DNA of 61,236 bases, the filler included, from Platydemus manokwari (Eukaryota): the NCBI GenBank assembly GCA_037951405.1. It is 5 parts of 5 records of this genome, joined end to end, with 100 filler letters (N's around TTAATTAATTAA, not from the genome) between each part and the next. Parts side by side here need not be neighbours in the genome. Positions count along the whole stretch, not along the records: positions 1 to 9,456 come from JBBMOY011247763.1; positions 9,557 to 23,643 come from JBBMOY011536967.1; 3 more parts are not named here. The stretch is one strand, 5' to 3'. Below, piece by piece: positions 1-12,677 of the stretch (position 1 is the first letter of the stretch; every line of letters starts with the position of its first letter). The notes under the pieces were generated by a model. The model made no database searches. It was not told where the DNA came from and saw only the letters and a list, made by a program, of their open reading frames with translations. Both the position numbers and the translations under genes were made by a program.

Positions 1-68
<68 letters not shown>
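1..68. repeat. (ATT)n microsatellite at segment start
   Basis: Uninterrupted ATT triplets from base 1. Confidence 0.97.
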
Positions 69-69
<1 letters not shown>

Positions 70-3000
70 TTCTTTTATTATTTATTATTCACGGATAATA
101 CTTTATACATGGAATAGAAAAAACCGTCCATTCAATTTCATAAAAATAATATTTTCAGCATTTTTAGATAAATTCTATTTTATCAAATGTCGTGCTTTAC
201 TGTTTCAAATATTCAAGACGAAAACAGTCATTTTACAAGTAGCTATTTCATCTCTTCCTTAATGGATGTTAATAGTCGTTAGAACATCATATTTTAGCTG
301 ATATAGAAAAGAAAAAAATATTTTACTTGTAAGCAATAAGAGGCTTTTAATTTTGAATTCAATCAAACGAATCGAACCAATGTTGTATGGAAAGTGTAAT
401 TATTCAAGTCCAACGAAAGATAATCATGGGATTGTCGATGGAGTGGAAAATAATAGATTTTATATCGAAACCTATAATAACTATAATCAATGAAATTCTG
501 TTAATATTTTAGTCAATGGAGTGTGATTTTGATGTCATGATGATGAAAATAAGTTGTGTAATGAATGCTCAAAAAGAAAAAATATAATAGAACATGTAAT
601 TATCGAAATAATTTAATTGCAGATTCCATATATTCGACTGAAACATTATCAGAAAATAAATTTTAATCCATATATATAATTGCAAAATTCTTGAAGGAAT
701 TTATTTATAAAAATATTTACTTTAATTGGTCTGTCTCACTGCGAAATAAAGAAAGTTCATCTTTATCACATTATTATTATTATTTTTAATTTATCTTTTT
801 AATATTATTATAATCAGATTTACAGACAATAGCAGATGTTCTTAAAATAAATTTTCATTAGATTCAAAATTATGGCAATGTGTGATGATTCCGATGAACA
901 TGTTGGTATGCGAGTTTCAGAATTGTTAGCTTGTGATGGTTTGTTATCCGGTACTCGATGATCGAATTTGTCTAGGCTGTTGTGATTATATAGATTCTGA
1001 ATAATGATTTCTCGATGTTCTAAAACTATCACAAATAAAGAGAAATTGTTCCCAAATACTCTTCTAAAATTTACTGCAGTTACCTGAAAATACTAGAGTT
1101 GTATTTTCTCCTATGAAATTTGTGCTTCTAATTCGTAATAATGAAAAATATGATTCCTTATATAGCATAATTGTACTTATCTTGTCTGATTTCGCTTTCT
1201 GATTGCAAAGCAACCGATTTTCTTCTCAATTTATCTCTCCTTTGCATGTATCAAAACAAAGTCTCTCAGTTGGAGAAACAAAAACTTCCTGTTTTCCCAA
1301 AAAAGCTTTGTCTTGGGAAATCTGTTACCCGGCTTACTATTGAAGATTTGAAATCTGCGGTTCTTTTGGAGAAATCCCAATTAGTTCATATTAAAGTTCA
1401 TATCTTTGCCAAAGGTATCATTACCATTGGATTATTTCAAATTTTTACAATTTTTTATTTATTTTATTATAATTTTTATATTTTAATTGGGAAATCGAAG
1501 GAACTGCGCATTATTAACGATAATTACAAATATAAATAGAATAACAAGAATTTAAATAAATTTAAAATACTTTGATTAAAAAAGAAGATCGCATTTTAAT
1601 CATTAAGTGATAATCAATAATTTACAAATTTAGACCATTGAAATTAATGATAAATTCATCTACAATTAAAATGTTATAAAAGCTTGGTTGTTTAAATATT
1701 GTTTTTAAATTATTAAATCGACGAAATTTTGAATATCTGTAAGCATAATGGGCTAAAGTTTAAAAAAAGGTCATAAAATAAAATTTCAAATTTATGGAGT
1801 GTATTACAACAATCTATATAGTTTATATAATTAAACTTTTAAAACATTCTGAATTTTTTATTTAAATACTTGAGAAGAATTTTAGTTGTTTATAATCAAA
1901 TAATATATGCACAGAATTTTTAAAATCGAATAAAAATTAATTATTTGAAAAACGGGTCAAAGTAGGTCAAAGTGCAATCAATCAAAAATCTCGAAATAAA
2001 TATATTAATATCTATTTAAGAAATTGAAAACAGATCCAAAACATATAGATGCCGTAATGAAATGTACAGGTGGATATCCCACAAATATAAATAGGGACTT
2101 TGTTCAACAATTTGGCCGTGTTCTTTTCGACATTCGGAATAAGGTATTTGTGGGGCACGGGACTCACACATAGAGTAAATTAGAAAAAATGACCTCCATA
2201 AGCAACCAACAATTAGCAAATGGTGACAGTTTTTATTAAAATAAATCTAAAAATTTAAAATTATTTACGTAGACACAAAATTTGTAGATTCCACACCTAT
2301 GAATAAAAAGTCTCATAGATATTGATAACGTCCAATTTTGGAGAGGCCAAATATAATAGTGAACTTCGAAGACTTGTTATTTGAGTTTCTGAAAGACTGG
2401 AGAGGTATAGCAAGAACGAATTGCTTCTTATTTTTAATCCCCAATCCAAGAGCAGGGATTCTAGAAGTAATGAATACCAATTTTATAGAAATTTTATATT
2501 TAAAATGATACTCTTATTTAATTGTAGGTTTGTGAAACCATAATCCATAATATATCAGGATTGTTGAAGTTGTTTATTCCTTTTTAATCGAAAATTGAAT
2601 CTTATGTATAATTATCATTAAAATATGATTACAAATAAATTTTAATATTAAATTACCTAGTAATAATCATTACAATGAACTTGGATCAAAGGATCATTTT
2701 TCTTAACTAAAGCCAAATAATGATAAATATGAGTTATGACATCATTATATAATTTAATGAATAAATAAATTTCAAATTTAATTACTTAAGAGAGTATTTA
2801 ATTTTATCAAGATATTTGCAAATTAAAATATAATTATAACTCATTGTGTAAATTTAAAAATTTATCCGCTCCATTAATCAGTAGAAAAAGCAATTAACCT
2901 AACGAAATTCAATAAGTGAAAAATATCTGTCAAACCACTAGCCACTGATCGTATGGAATGGAATTTATTATTCTATTCATTTATAATGTATGGTCTTTTA

Positions 3001-3582
3001 TCAATAATTCCATCGAAGCTTCATAGTTAACCAAACATATTGACCATGGTAACAAAATCTATCGTGAATTATTGATGTGTTGTGAATAATTATTATTATT
3101 AAATGCCGAAAAATAATTTCTCAATCAATCATTTGTTTTCAATTTTATGTTGAGAATTTGATCTGTTATTAAATATTTTTATCATTTGAAATAGGATTTC
3201 ATTATAATTTAATACGACCAGACAGAAAGCAAATTAACACAAATAGATTTTAATATAATTAGTTATCGATCAATATTGCGATAATGTTAATGACATAGAT
3301 AGTTTAATTTCCATGAGGAAATTGCATGGATTGTTACTGTTTAAGGATACAATGATTTTTGAATTTTCATCGATAAAAATCTTATCTATTGTGAGAATTT
3401 TAAAATCGATTAGTAGGTAAATGATCATTTCAATTCACAAATGATATTGAACAATATAAACTACTGGGTGAGATGAAATTCTGCAAAAGAAAAATAAATT
3501 TGCACCTTTGAACCCACATTTTGGCACTTTAAGCATTTGCATGCTTACACGATAATACATCCATAGGAACCAACCAACCACA

Positions 3583-3876
3583 TTGGAGTCAGATGGTAAA
3601 CGACAATTGGGAAATGAGACAGCCACACAACAACACACGCAGGGATTGACCAATTCTACTCACACAAAAACTAATAAGCCTAATAGGAACATGGAAAAGT
3701 TACGATCAAATCAAAATGAGAAACAAACAATGACCCAAAAATTACACACAGATCTCGAGTATAAATATCAATGTAAAGATGGCCAACCGCCAGTCGGAAG
3801 CCAGGCTTTGGGTCAGTTTTTGAGTGGTACGAGTCTTATTTTCATTTTATATGTGTTATTTTTTGAGTCGCACTGA
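3583..3876 (+). CDS. Possible exon of an unidentified spliced gene
   Basis: 97-codon hydrophilic open frame in a locally GC-richer island. A G|GTACGA donor near 3827 is followed by a T-rich intron-like stretch ending CTGATTAG. No recognisable domain. Confidence 0.25.
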   Translation: MESDGKRQLGNETATQQHTQGLTNSTHTKTNKPNRNMEKLRSNQNEKQTMTQKLHTDLEYKYQCKDGQPPVGSQALGQFLSGTSLIFILYVLFFESH

Positions 3877-4071
3877 TTAGTACGCAGAAGTCTATAGTCC
3901 TAGGTTTTAGGAGCCAGTGATTATTCCTTTGTTCAGAAATAGATCACAACAAATTGATTAGTTCACTTTTGTTGATATTTTCATGAAATGTACTTTTGTA
4001 GTGCGAATTAATTAATTTTAGCAACTGTTTAATGAAACAGTAGCATCTTACATTTCGATTTGTTTATACAA

Positions 4072-4690
4072 TGTAAGCCGCTACTATTTGATGAAACAAG
4101 CATCGAAAACGAATTGAAAAGACACGACATCAAATTATGCATTAAACAACAATTATCTAAAAATCAATATAATTTTAAACAAAATTAAATCTTTAAGAAT
4201 TTAAATCAATTTTAATATTCTCACAATCAAGGTCAATGCTAAAAGTATGGAAGGCAATATTTTAAAAAGTAGAGAAGTTAGAAGATGTACAGAACTGATA
4301 GATAATCATATATAACATATTCGATATAGAAAATATAAAGAATAACACAATTCAAAGAGAGAATATGGAAAATAAATAGAAAATTTCAAAATATAAATCG
4401 ATATATTACTAATTATTTCTGTATCAAATTCTCTAAATATTTATCTTAATGAAAAATTCTATTTCTTATCTCTGATTTATATCTTCTCCAAATCCTCTCT
4501 ATGTCCTTTCCATATTCTTTCAATATCATCTTCCTTCTATTTTATACTTCTCAGAATCAAATCCAAATGCGAAGTGTCCATGTAAAAATCATCTGAAAAA
4601 TCACGACACCAAATTGTCTTTAAACAAATCAATATTTTTTAATTTTAATTTTTTAAATTTATATTTTAAAATTCTCACAATCACTAAACT
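4072..4690. repeat. Copy of a dispersed repeat (probable TE/LTR-derived) with internal direct repeats
   Basis: Starts TGTAAGCCGCTACTATT, also seen at 5363 and 32794. The motif pair CACGACA..AAATT ... ATTCTCACAATCA occurs at ~4120-4230 and again at ~4600-4685. TCTCAGAA..AATCCAAATGCG is shared with ~25080. Confidence 0.55.
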
Positions 4691-5426
4691 GTCATCTATT
4701 ATTGATTAAATGTCATGCGGACTTTCAAACTTTCATCTTACCAATAATTCATTGTCGGAATTTTGTCTTCACGATATAATAGGTTTTAAATTCTATCAAA
4801 AGTGTTTAACACGAGAAAATCCTGACTAATTTTTGAAAAAAAAATTAATCAATCAATTATTTTCAATTTAGATTCTCTACAAATATTGATTACGTCCATT
4901 TATTTGCCCAGGAAATATTTAGTTGTGAAGATAAATTGTTATGGTAAATCGCAAACTCGGTGGCCTTTATTTTTTAACCTTATTCACTTAAAATCAAAGA
5001 TAATTATCATCTGCCTGTAATTTATCTCTACTTTATTTGTTTATCCTTATAGATTCACTGTTTCTATGAAATTTAAAATATGATAAACTATATTCAATGG
5101 TAAAGAGGAAATAAAGTTACACAAAATTCTTGTTTGTGTTAATTTTGAATTAGAGTTATTGTCACAAAATGCCCAAGGATTGATATGGCTCTCACTGTGT
5201 CTCTGTATAACTTGTTAGAGATTTCAATACAAATATATATGAGCTTAACCTATCTGTATTAAGGCTGCATTAGCTTTACATTTTTAAAAATAATATTTAT
5301 TATTTTTATTAATTTTTTGAATTATATTATAATTTTATTATTGTATTTATTATGATCGTAATTGTAAGCTGCTACTATTTTATAAATCTCGAATTGAAAA
5401 CTAAAACTTCATAGATGTCAAATTAT

Positions 5427-5541
5427 ATCATGTCTATATCATGTCTATATAGTCTGTATATCATGTCTATATAGTCTGTATATCATGTCTATACCATCTA
5501 TATATCAACTTGATTTCATCTCTATATCATCTCTATATCAT
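5427..5541. repeat. Degenerate minisatellite (TATCATGTCTA / TATAGTCTGTA units)
   Basis: Repeated ~11-nt units visible directly. Confidence 0.8.
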
Positions 5542-6678
5542 TTTTAATTAATTAACAAATATTTACTATTTATATAGGTCAGACCGTTACTGTGTAACCT
5601 CTCAAAATTATTTTCAAAAATCATTCATAAATTTTAAAAACGGGTTTAAAAAAATATTTTTTTGTATTAAGTGGAATTTTTTAAAAAAGAAGGAATATTT
5701 GTTTAAATAATATTGAATACGAAAATATGTTTTTTTGTTATATATATATATATATATATATACATATAGTTATAATTAAATTATTAACTATTTGGCATTT
5801 TTGAATAAATAGATCACTTATAAAAATTTATTCGACTAATTTAAAAAAGATTCTACTTTATAAAACTACATACAGAAAATTGTATATTTCATCTGTTTCA
5901 TTGATTTAGAACCTACTAAAATTATATAATATGAAAAATAAATAAATACACAGAATATGATACCACAAAGATAATTTCAAAATAAATATAAATAGAAACA
6001 GATTTGTTTTTGCATGCCATTTCGACTTAAGTTATTAGCACGATTTTAGTTTGCTCGACATTATAATAAGGATAAATAAAAATAATAATTATAAAACTAA
6101 TTTATAAATATCTCATTGACAATTTCCTTCTTCAATTCAAACAAAGGAAAGCAATATTAACTATTTTTACTTATTGAAACCGATTAAACCAATGTTTGAG
6201 AGAATGAAAAACAACCAGGTTTAAATAGATTAGTCTTTGATAGATAAAATAATTAGAAATTCTAAGCTGAATAATCATATCAATAAAAATACCACAAGTG
6301 ATGCAAAATTGAAATGATTAAAATTCAGGAAATTAATAATTTAAAAAGTTTATATATAAAAGATTTCTATGGCTTACCTGAATGTATTAATTTTTTTAAT
6401 TAAATATAAAAAGAAGTAGAACTAAAATAAATAATAATGAAACTAGTTATTATCAACAAAGAGAATTAGTTTTATAATTTCTAATTGGCATCAATCATAA
6501 ATTGATGTTTATAATAAAATATTATCTCATGATGATCATGACTTCATTCTATCAGTCACAATAGCCTTTATAATTACGTAATTGTATAAATATATTGAAA
6601 CATAACCAATGAATTCAATTCTTTACCATCTTTCATTAAGGATAGAATCAATGTCATTTATACTTCATTCTAAGAAAT

Positions 6679-7266
6679 TTATGATTTCTGTTGTATTTGG
6701 TCATGAATTCCACAATGTAGTTTACTTTTCGAAGCTCGAATTTCATGACAACCCAATTCGAGATCATTGTTGAATATATTTATTTCATTTTTCACGAATA
6801 CTTTCGAGTTAATAATCTTAACTTCATTATACACGCATATGAAATTGGCAGGATATGCGCAGGGTAAATCAAGCAATTTATTTTCATATAATGCAGTGCA
6901 ATCTTCATGACCACCTTTACCAGAATTTGGTTCTTCATTACCCCATATGAAGCGGTTATCCATATTAGACTGATCAATATTTAACCATCCAGTTTCATTT
7001 CTGTATCTTTCTTCAAACAAATCCGTTATTCCTGTAAAATAATGTTGATTTTTTTTAGCAACTCTTTTAATATTTTTTAATTCACTTCCCAAAGCCAATC
7101 TTCCTTTTATCTCCTTACATAATTCCGCTGCTTCACAGATATGATTAACCTTATTTACAGATAGGTAAATGCAAAGATTATTCATAGATTTGTACAAATT
7201 TGGACAATTTGAGCCACAGTGAATCGTTGCAGCGTAAATAATAGCCAAAATAATTTCACAGAACAT
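6679..7266 (-). CDS. Secreted C-type lectin domain protein with a truncated C-terminal PAN/apple-like segment
   Basis: Hydrophobic signal peptide (MFCEIILAIIYAATIHC). CTLD hallmarks: CP...C, EAAELC...GRLA, YFTGITD (WIGL-like), W...EPN, EDC, DLPC...FIC. Intronless. Confidence 0.88.
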   Translation of the reverse strand: MFCEIILAIIYAATIHCGSNCPNLYKSMNNLCIYLSVNKVNHICEAAELCKEIKGRLALGSELKNIKRVAKKNQHYFTGITDLFEERYRNETGWLNIDQSNMDNRFIWGNEEPNSGKGGHEDCTALYENKLLDLPCAYPANFICVYNEVKIINSKVFVKNEINIFNNDLELGCHEIRASKSKLHCGIHDQIQQKS

Positions 7267-9429
7267 ATTTCATACGATTAAATGACACATTATCAATATA
7301 ATATTAAAATATCTGCCAGAGCTTTAAATATCGTCTTAAGTTTTCATTTATTGGTTCAATACATTATTTTGAAAATTTATTGCAAATTATTGGATACTTT
7401 CATTGATCAAAGGTTCTGATTAATAAGATTGAATTATTTTTTGAAATATTGATTGCAATTTATTATTTAAAATAAATTAAATCTCAACTTTTATTTAATT
7501 TTTTTCAAAGCACTTCGACGCACAATGCCCTGTATTGTGACAGGACATACATATATTATCAAAAAAAATTTATGAAATGAATGATTATTTATGAAAATTC
7601 CATTCAAATTACAAACACTTATTTAATCAGTCTTTATGTGGCCTGGAATGATATTGAAAAAAATATTGAAAAATTGAATGAATTGATTTCTGAAATAGCA
7701 TATAAAAGTATGGCTTATTTCTAGATTGCTCTTAGTCTTATCTGTCTCTATTATAGAAAGCCGAAATGGGACATTATCAGTATCACCTAACCATCATCAT
7801 CATCGAGACCAAAAAGCCCTGTATAATTTGAACCGTGGTATTGATGAGACCCAGAAAGGGCTGCAATGGGCTAATTTTTAGTTTTTTATTTTAACCGCTT
7901 TACAAATGCACAGCAATTGTGAGATTTTTATTATGAATTAAAATTCCATTTAATTCAAAACAATTTTTATTCACATTTTATTCAAATTTTATTCAGATGA
8001 ATTTCTAATTTTATAAAAAATATTTGTTTAAATATTTTGATTTAAAATAGATTGTTTGTGTCTTGCCTTTTTAGTTTGATTTTAATGTGTGGTTTTTAAA
8101 ATGGTAGTCGCTAACAGCAATTATATATAACGATTCATCAAATAAATTTGCTTAAATTGGATGTGTTATTATTCCAATATCACCACAGTTATAAAAGTCT
8201 TTAAATTACATGTTATTTACTCTGATTTATAATTATAATATATAGCACTTACTGATATATTAATTATGAGATTCTCATATATTTTTGATCTAATTAAAAT
8301 GAACTAATTAATGAATTGTAACTTATTTAGAAAAATAGAGTATTTAACTAAAGTAAGACACTGTTCAAAAGCCCCATTACTGGTAGAGATGTGAATATAA
8401 TCTTGTAATATTTTAAAAATACTTCAACTTATTATATCATATGTGACCGGCACTGAAGAAAATTTTATGAACAATGATTTAACCAATAAAATATGCATTA
8501 CTATGAATTAAGAAACATTCAAAGATTTATTATTGGATTCAGTATCATTAAATAAATCTCATTATATATACACATATAATTGGTATATTCAGTATATTTG
8601 TTGGCTGGTTTTCTGATGGATTCAATAGTTCATATGAAGACAGAACTATTGGAATCTAGTCGATATCGTCCAAAGATTTGACTTTCTATAATTAACGACT
8701 GTTACAACAAAGAACCAAAGGTCCCGTTGTAACCATTTGATACACTATAGCACAACGAAACAGATTAATGGTCGATTAATAAACAATGATGTAATAAATC
8801 AGAATAATAATTTTTTTATTAAAATCGTATTTAAGAAGAACGAAATACAGTGAACAAATAAAAACAACAAGAGGATTTGGCTTAATTATGCAACGCACTG
8901 CGAAAGTAGATTGCTGCATGATATCCATGGTACCTGATACCAGAAAAAAGATTAAGAGTAGCAGCACTAAAAACACAAATTAAATAATTAAGTTAAATTT
9001 AGTTATAATTAATTATGCATTGCGATATAGTTACTATAATCAATGAAACTTACACTTACAATTAATTTCCAATTTGTCAGAGAAACGGTTGATATTTGGA
9101 CATTTGCTCTTCACGTAGTTGTTAAAGTCGAATGTTTAGTTTTTTGTATTGTTTTTGACTTAATTATCTTATGCTTTTACATTATTTTCTTTGGTGCCAT
9201 CTGTATGATTCTTCATTTTAAAAAAAACATATTTCATGCGTTTATATTTATTTTCTTTTGGTATATATTTCTTTTCTTTTGTTATGTCTTTTTTTTCTGA
9301 TAAGGTAAAATCAGATATTATAGAATATTGTCTGTTATTATTTTTATTTTCCTTGTTGTTTGGATCTTATCTCTTTTTTCCGATCTGATTAAACTAATTA
9401 TTTTATTCTAAATTCATATATTGTAATTC

Positions 9430-9456
9430 TATTATTATTATTATTATTATTATTAT
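9430..9456. repeat. (ATT)n microsatellite at segment end
   Basis: ATT triplets running into the N linker. Confidence 0.9.
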
Positions 9457-9556
9457 NNNNNNNNNNNNNNNNNNNNNNNNNNNNNNNNNNNNNNNNNNNN
9501 TTAATTAATTAANNNNNNNNNNNNNNNNNNNNNNNNNNNNNNNNNNNNNNNNNNNN
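9457..9556. other. Artificial contig linker N44-TTAATTAATTAA-N44 (six-frame stop spacer)
   Basis: Exactly 100 nt; identical linker recurs four times in the window. Confidence 0.97.
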
Positions 9557-9596
9557 GTTACAACAATATAAAAATACACAATAGTCTGCTAAAAGC

Positions 9597-9692
9597 AAAG
9601 GATCAAAACAGTTCCATTATTGTAAAATCAAAGGATCAAATCAGTCTTATTATTGTAAAATTAAAGGATCAAATCAGTTTTATTATTATAAA
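9597..9692. repeat. Tandem repeat, ~33-bp unit x3 (AAAGGATCAAATCAGT..TATTATTGTAAAAT)
   Basis: Three near-identical units read directly. Confidence 0.85.
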
Positions 9693-10024
9693 GTTGACTA
9701 TTTATTGTGGAGGATATATTGGAGAATGTGCAAGATAATTTGTTTCGGCGAATATTTCGGCGAATATTCTTTGATCAACAAGAGTATATTGGAGAATTTG
9801 TTTCGGAGACTATACCTTGGTTTGCAGCAGATCAGTCCACACTTTTAAGGAACATCTTAAGGCGCATATTTAATAGTTTACAGGGGTTTTTCTTTTTATA
9901 TGTCAACTGTATAGGAGATTTATGACAGGGCATGATATCTATACGGCGTTTTACTTATAGGTGGTTTAGGAAGCTTTTATCTAGTTTTGGGAATTCAGGA
10001 ACTTAGGGTTTTTATACTATTTTA

Positions 10025-10140
10025 TAGTTTATGGTTTAGGGAATTTTATATGGTTTTCTTGTGGTTTTTTGTATATTTTATATTTTATGGTTTGGGGAAT
10101 TTAATATGGTTTTCTGGTTGTTTTTTGCATATTTTATATG
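10025..10140. repeat. Degenerate ~60-bp tandem duplication (TTTATGGTTTAGGGAATTTTATATGGTTTTCT...)
   Basis: Two similar units at ~10028 and ~10084, plus a weaker upstream unit. Confidence 0.6.
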
Positions 10141-10503
10141 TGTTGCTACCCCAACACCATTTTCAAATTAAAAGTCTATGTGATAACTGTAAACCTATTT
10201 GTGGCCCACGCTGCATAGATAGACTAGTATCTAGGTTAAATTTTTGAAATTGATTTTCTCTCTACGTGTCATTTTAATTTCTAATGTTGCAATGATTATA
10301 ATAATTTTCACATCAGTATATATTTTGGTAAAACTTTCACTCGCATACGGTGATTTTTTATATTTATTTTAGTAGTTAAAATTGATCATATTTACTTACA
10401 CTTTTTGAACTCTTTTAATAATTGCTTTACCTTAATTAGAGTTCCTATTATTATAAGTTACATCATTGATACTTTCAAGCGTAATATTTATTTAAAAACT
10501 ACA

Positions 10504-10700
10504 CTAATCTGCCAATCGATTATTTAAACAAATCACGTTACTCGCCTCTTCAGTCACTCTAATAGTCTGGATTTTATCGCATGAGGGAATTGAATATTCA
10601 CTTGTCTGTCTGATTTGAATCCGGTAGGGACCTTTGTACTGATATCCATTCTTCTTCCTCTTATGGAGATCTACGCGAACTAACACCTTCTCTTCCACCT
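10504..10700 (-). mobile_element. Ty3/gypsy integrase C-terminal (GPY/F) fragment
   Basis: Translation EKVLVRVDLHKRKKNGYQYKGPYRI matches the VLV...Y.GPY pattern of the Metaviridae integrase GPY/F module. Confidence 0.6.
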
Positions 10701-10789
10701 GTCACTCAGAGCCTAACCAAGGAAGCAGAAACCTCTCTGTTCTGGATTTTTTTGTTCAATTTTGGCATCACCAAGAAATACTTATGAAT

Positions 10790-11719
10790 TTAATTAAAGA
10801 TTTTAATTTTATAAATCATATTTGTCAACCCACAATTCTCAGGATGCATAATTGATGAACTCACCAATTTCTTCTCATTGCAATTTCTATTAATACTGAT
10901 CTTCTTTAAAATATCTGGAGTGCGATCTTTATCAAAATTGTCCATCGTTACAGGCCGGCATGAACTCCAATAATTGGAAGTTAATCGATAATATTCTTGT
11001 TCTTTCTTTACAAAACTTGGTTTTTCACTTCTCAATAGAACTTGTCTTTCTCTATCAAATGCAATCGATAGTTTTTCGTGATGCATATTAATTAATCCTC
11101 TACAATTGTAATGGTAAGCATATCCATATTCTCCACTATCACTCAAAGCAATTGCAGAATTATTTCTGTAATTTATTAATCGATATGCTGATCCAGAAAA
11201 TTCAATTGCAACATAATTTGAAAGACGAATATGAATAACAGAATCTTTAGAAATAAAAACTTGTGGAGAAGAATTAAAAGAATTCTCAACTTCACCGTCA
11301 GCATTGTTGGATTTAGCGCTTGCTCTGCCCGAAATGTCTGAAACATTCATATTACTGTGTATTGTTTCATCGATAAAACGAGCGTCTGGCAAACATGAAC
11401 AACTGCCATAGAGTGAACATGGAGAGGGCTGTAACTCTCCTAAATAAGAGTATTGCATTGGCCAAGAATATGGTACCAATTGATTATTTAACTGATGATT
11501 ACATGGATAGAATGCTTGTGAAGATTGAGGCATGATATGAAACCCATCACCCATATTAGGATGATTTAAAAATATAAAATAATCTTCATCTAATCCTTGT
11601 TTCATAGATACATACATTCTAGCATGACATAATTCGCAATTACAAGTTATGTCGTTTAAATTTTGGAAATCGTCTTCAGATCCTAAACCAGAATCTAAAT
11701 CAGGATTTACTGAACTCAT
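10790..11719 (-). CDS. Intronless 309-aa protein of unknown function, possibly 3'-disrupted
   Basis: 930-nt ORF with ATG in very AT-rich DNA. N-terminal DSGLGS, a C-x-C-x-x-C cluster, a P/Q/Y/S-rich middle and a beta-rich globular-looking C-terminal half. Confidence 0.75.
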   Translation of the reverse strand: MSSVNPDLDSGLGSEDDFQNLNDITCNCELCHARMYVSMKQGLDEDYFIFLNHPNMGDGFHIMPQSSQAFYPCNHQLNNQLVPYSWPMQYSYLGELQPSPCSLYGSCSCLPDARFIDETIHSNMNVSDISGRASAKSNNADGEVENSFNSSPQVFISKDSVIHIRLSNYVAIEFSGSAYRLINYRNNSAIALSDSGEYGYAYHYNCRGLINMHHEKLSIAFDRERQVLLRSEKPSFVKKEQEYYRLTSNYWSSCRPVTMDNFDKDRTPDILKKISINRNCNEKKLVSSSIMHPENCGLTNMIYKIKIFN

Positions 11720-12677
11720 TATTTTAACCCATTCTACAAGTTTGAAAAATCAATTAAATTAAATGAATAAAATCTATAGACAATTCTATTTGAGTTATTC
11801 TTGAAAATTTATAAATAATCTCAATCTGATAAATATCATAAATCTAATCTACAGGTCAAATATTATAAGATTAGTCTTCACATCTTAATACTCAATCTTT
11901 GTTGAAATTTACATCAAATAATGAAATTTTTTCTGAAAAAAATACTTTCAAAAATTACTATTAATAATTTTATCTAAACTTGATTTAAAAATGATAAATA
12001 AACTTATTTTTATTGTTTGGAACCATTAATACTATGTTTGAGAATTTTTGTTATAAAAAATAATTATTGGAATAAATTCGGTTTGAATGAAATCCTGAAC
12101 ATTATTCCGTTTGCCTAATGGTATGGGAAATGGTGTTACATCTGGTCTGTATGAACATCTTCGTTATGGTACAAGATTAATAATAAGTATATCGTAATGA
12201 AAAATCAGTAACATATGATTTATATTTTCATAGGATAGATAAAATCAATTGAATTAAAATCACGTTTCTTGTTATCAATAACATATGGCATATTCGAGTT
12301 ACAATTTTCTAATATTTATCTCCGGTGAATTTTGGACATAATAAATCTGATTTCACAATCATGAAAATTGTCATAAGTTTTGTAATTAAGGATGATATAT
12401 TTTTATTAGTTTTTCTGTTCAGTATCGTTAATTTTTGCAGGTTCTGTATCGAAAAATCTCATTCGACTTTTCTATCAATTATAAAAATTCCTAATTAATT
12501 ATCTATTATGGATCAGAGTGAAAAAAGCTAATAAATTTGATCGTTGTCATTAAATCATTCATTGGATGATTTGGTTGGACTGTATTTAACTTGTCCTTGT
12601 CTGAAAAAGATCGATGTTACCAATCATTAATTTAAATAAGTCTTATACTTATATTAACATTGTCTGAAAATTGAATA

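Noticed and set aside
820-2480. Short ORFs and splice-like signals; faint lectin-like words near 2050-2170
   Set aside because: No consistent spliced frame or convincing domain could be built on either strand.
3435-3930. Minus-strand spliced membrane-protein model (GPCR- or SK-channel-like words)
   Set aside because: Phases conflict and stops intervene; intron base skew favours the plus strand.
9501-9512. TTAATTAATTAA palindrome repeated four times at long spacing
   Set aside because: Always embedded in N44 flanks; an artificial six-frame stop linker, not biology.
9597-9692. 33-bp repeats of CRISPR-like length
   Set aside because: Head-to-tail with no unique spacers, no cas genes, and a eukaryotic context.
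9990-10050. TTAGGG telomere-like words (also ~26217)
   Set aside because: Isolated hexamers, not tandem arrays.
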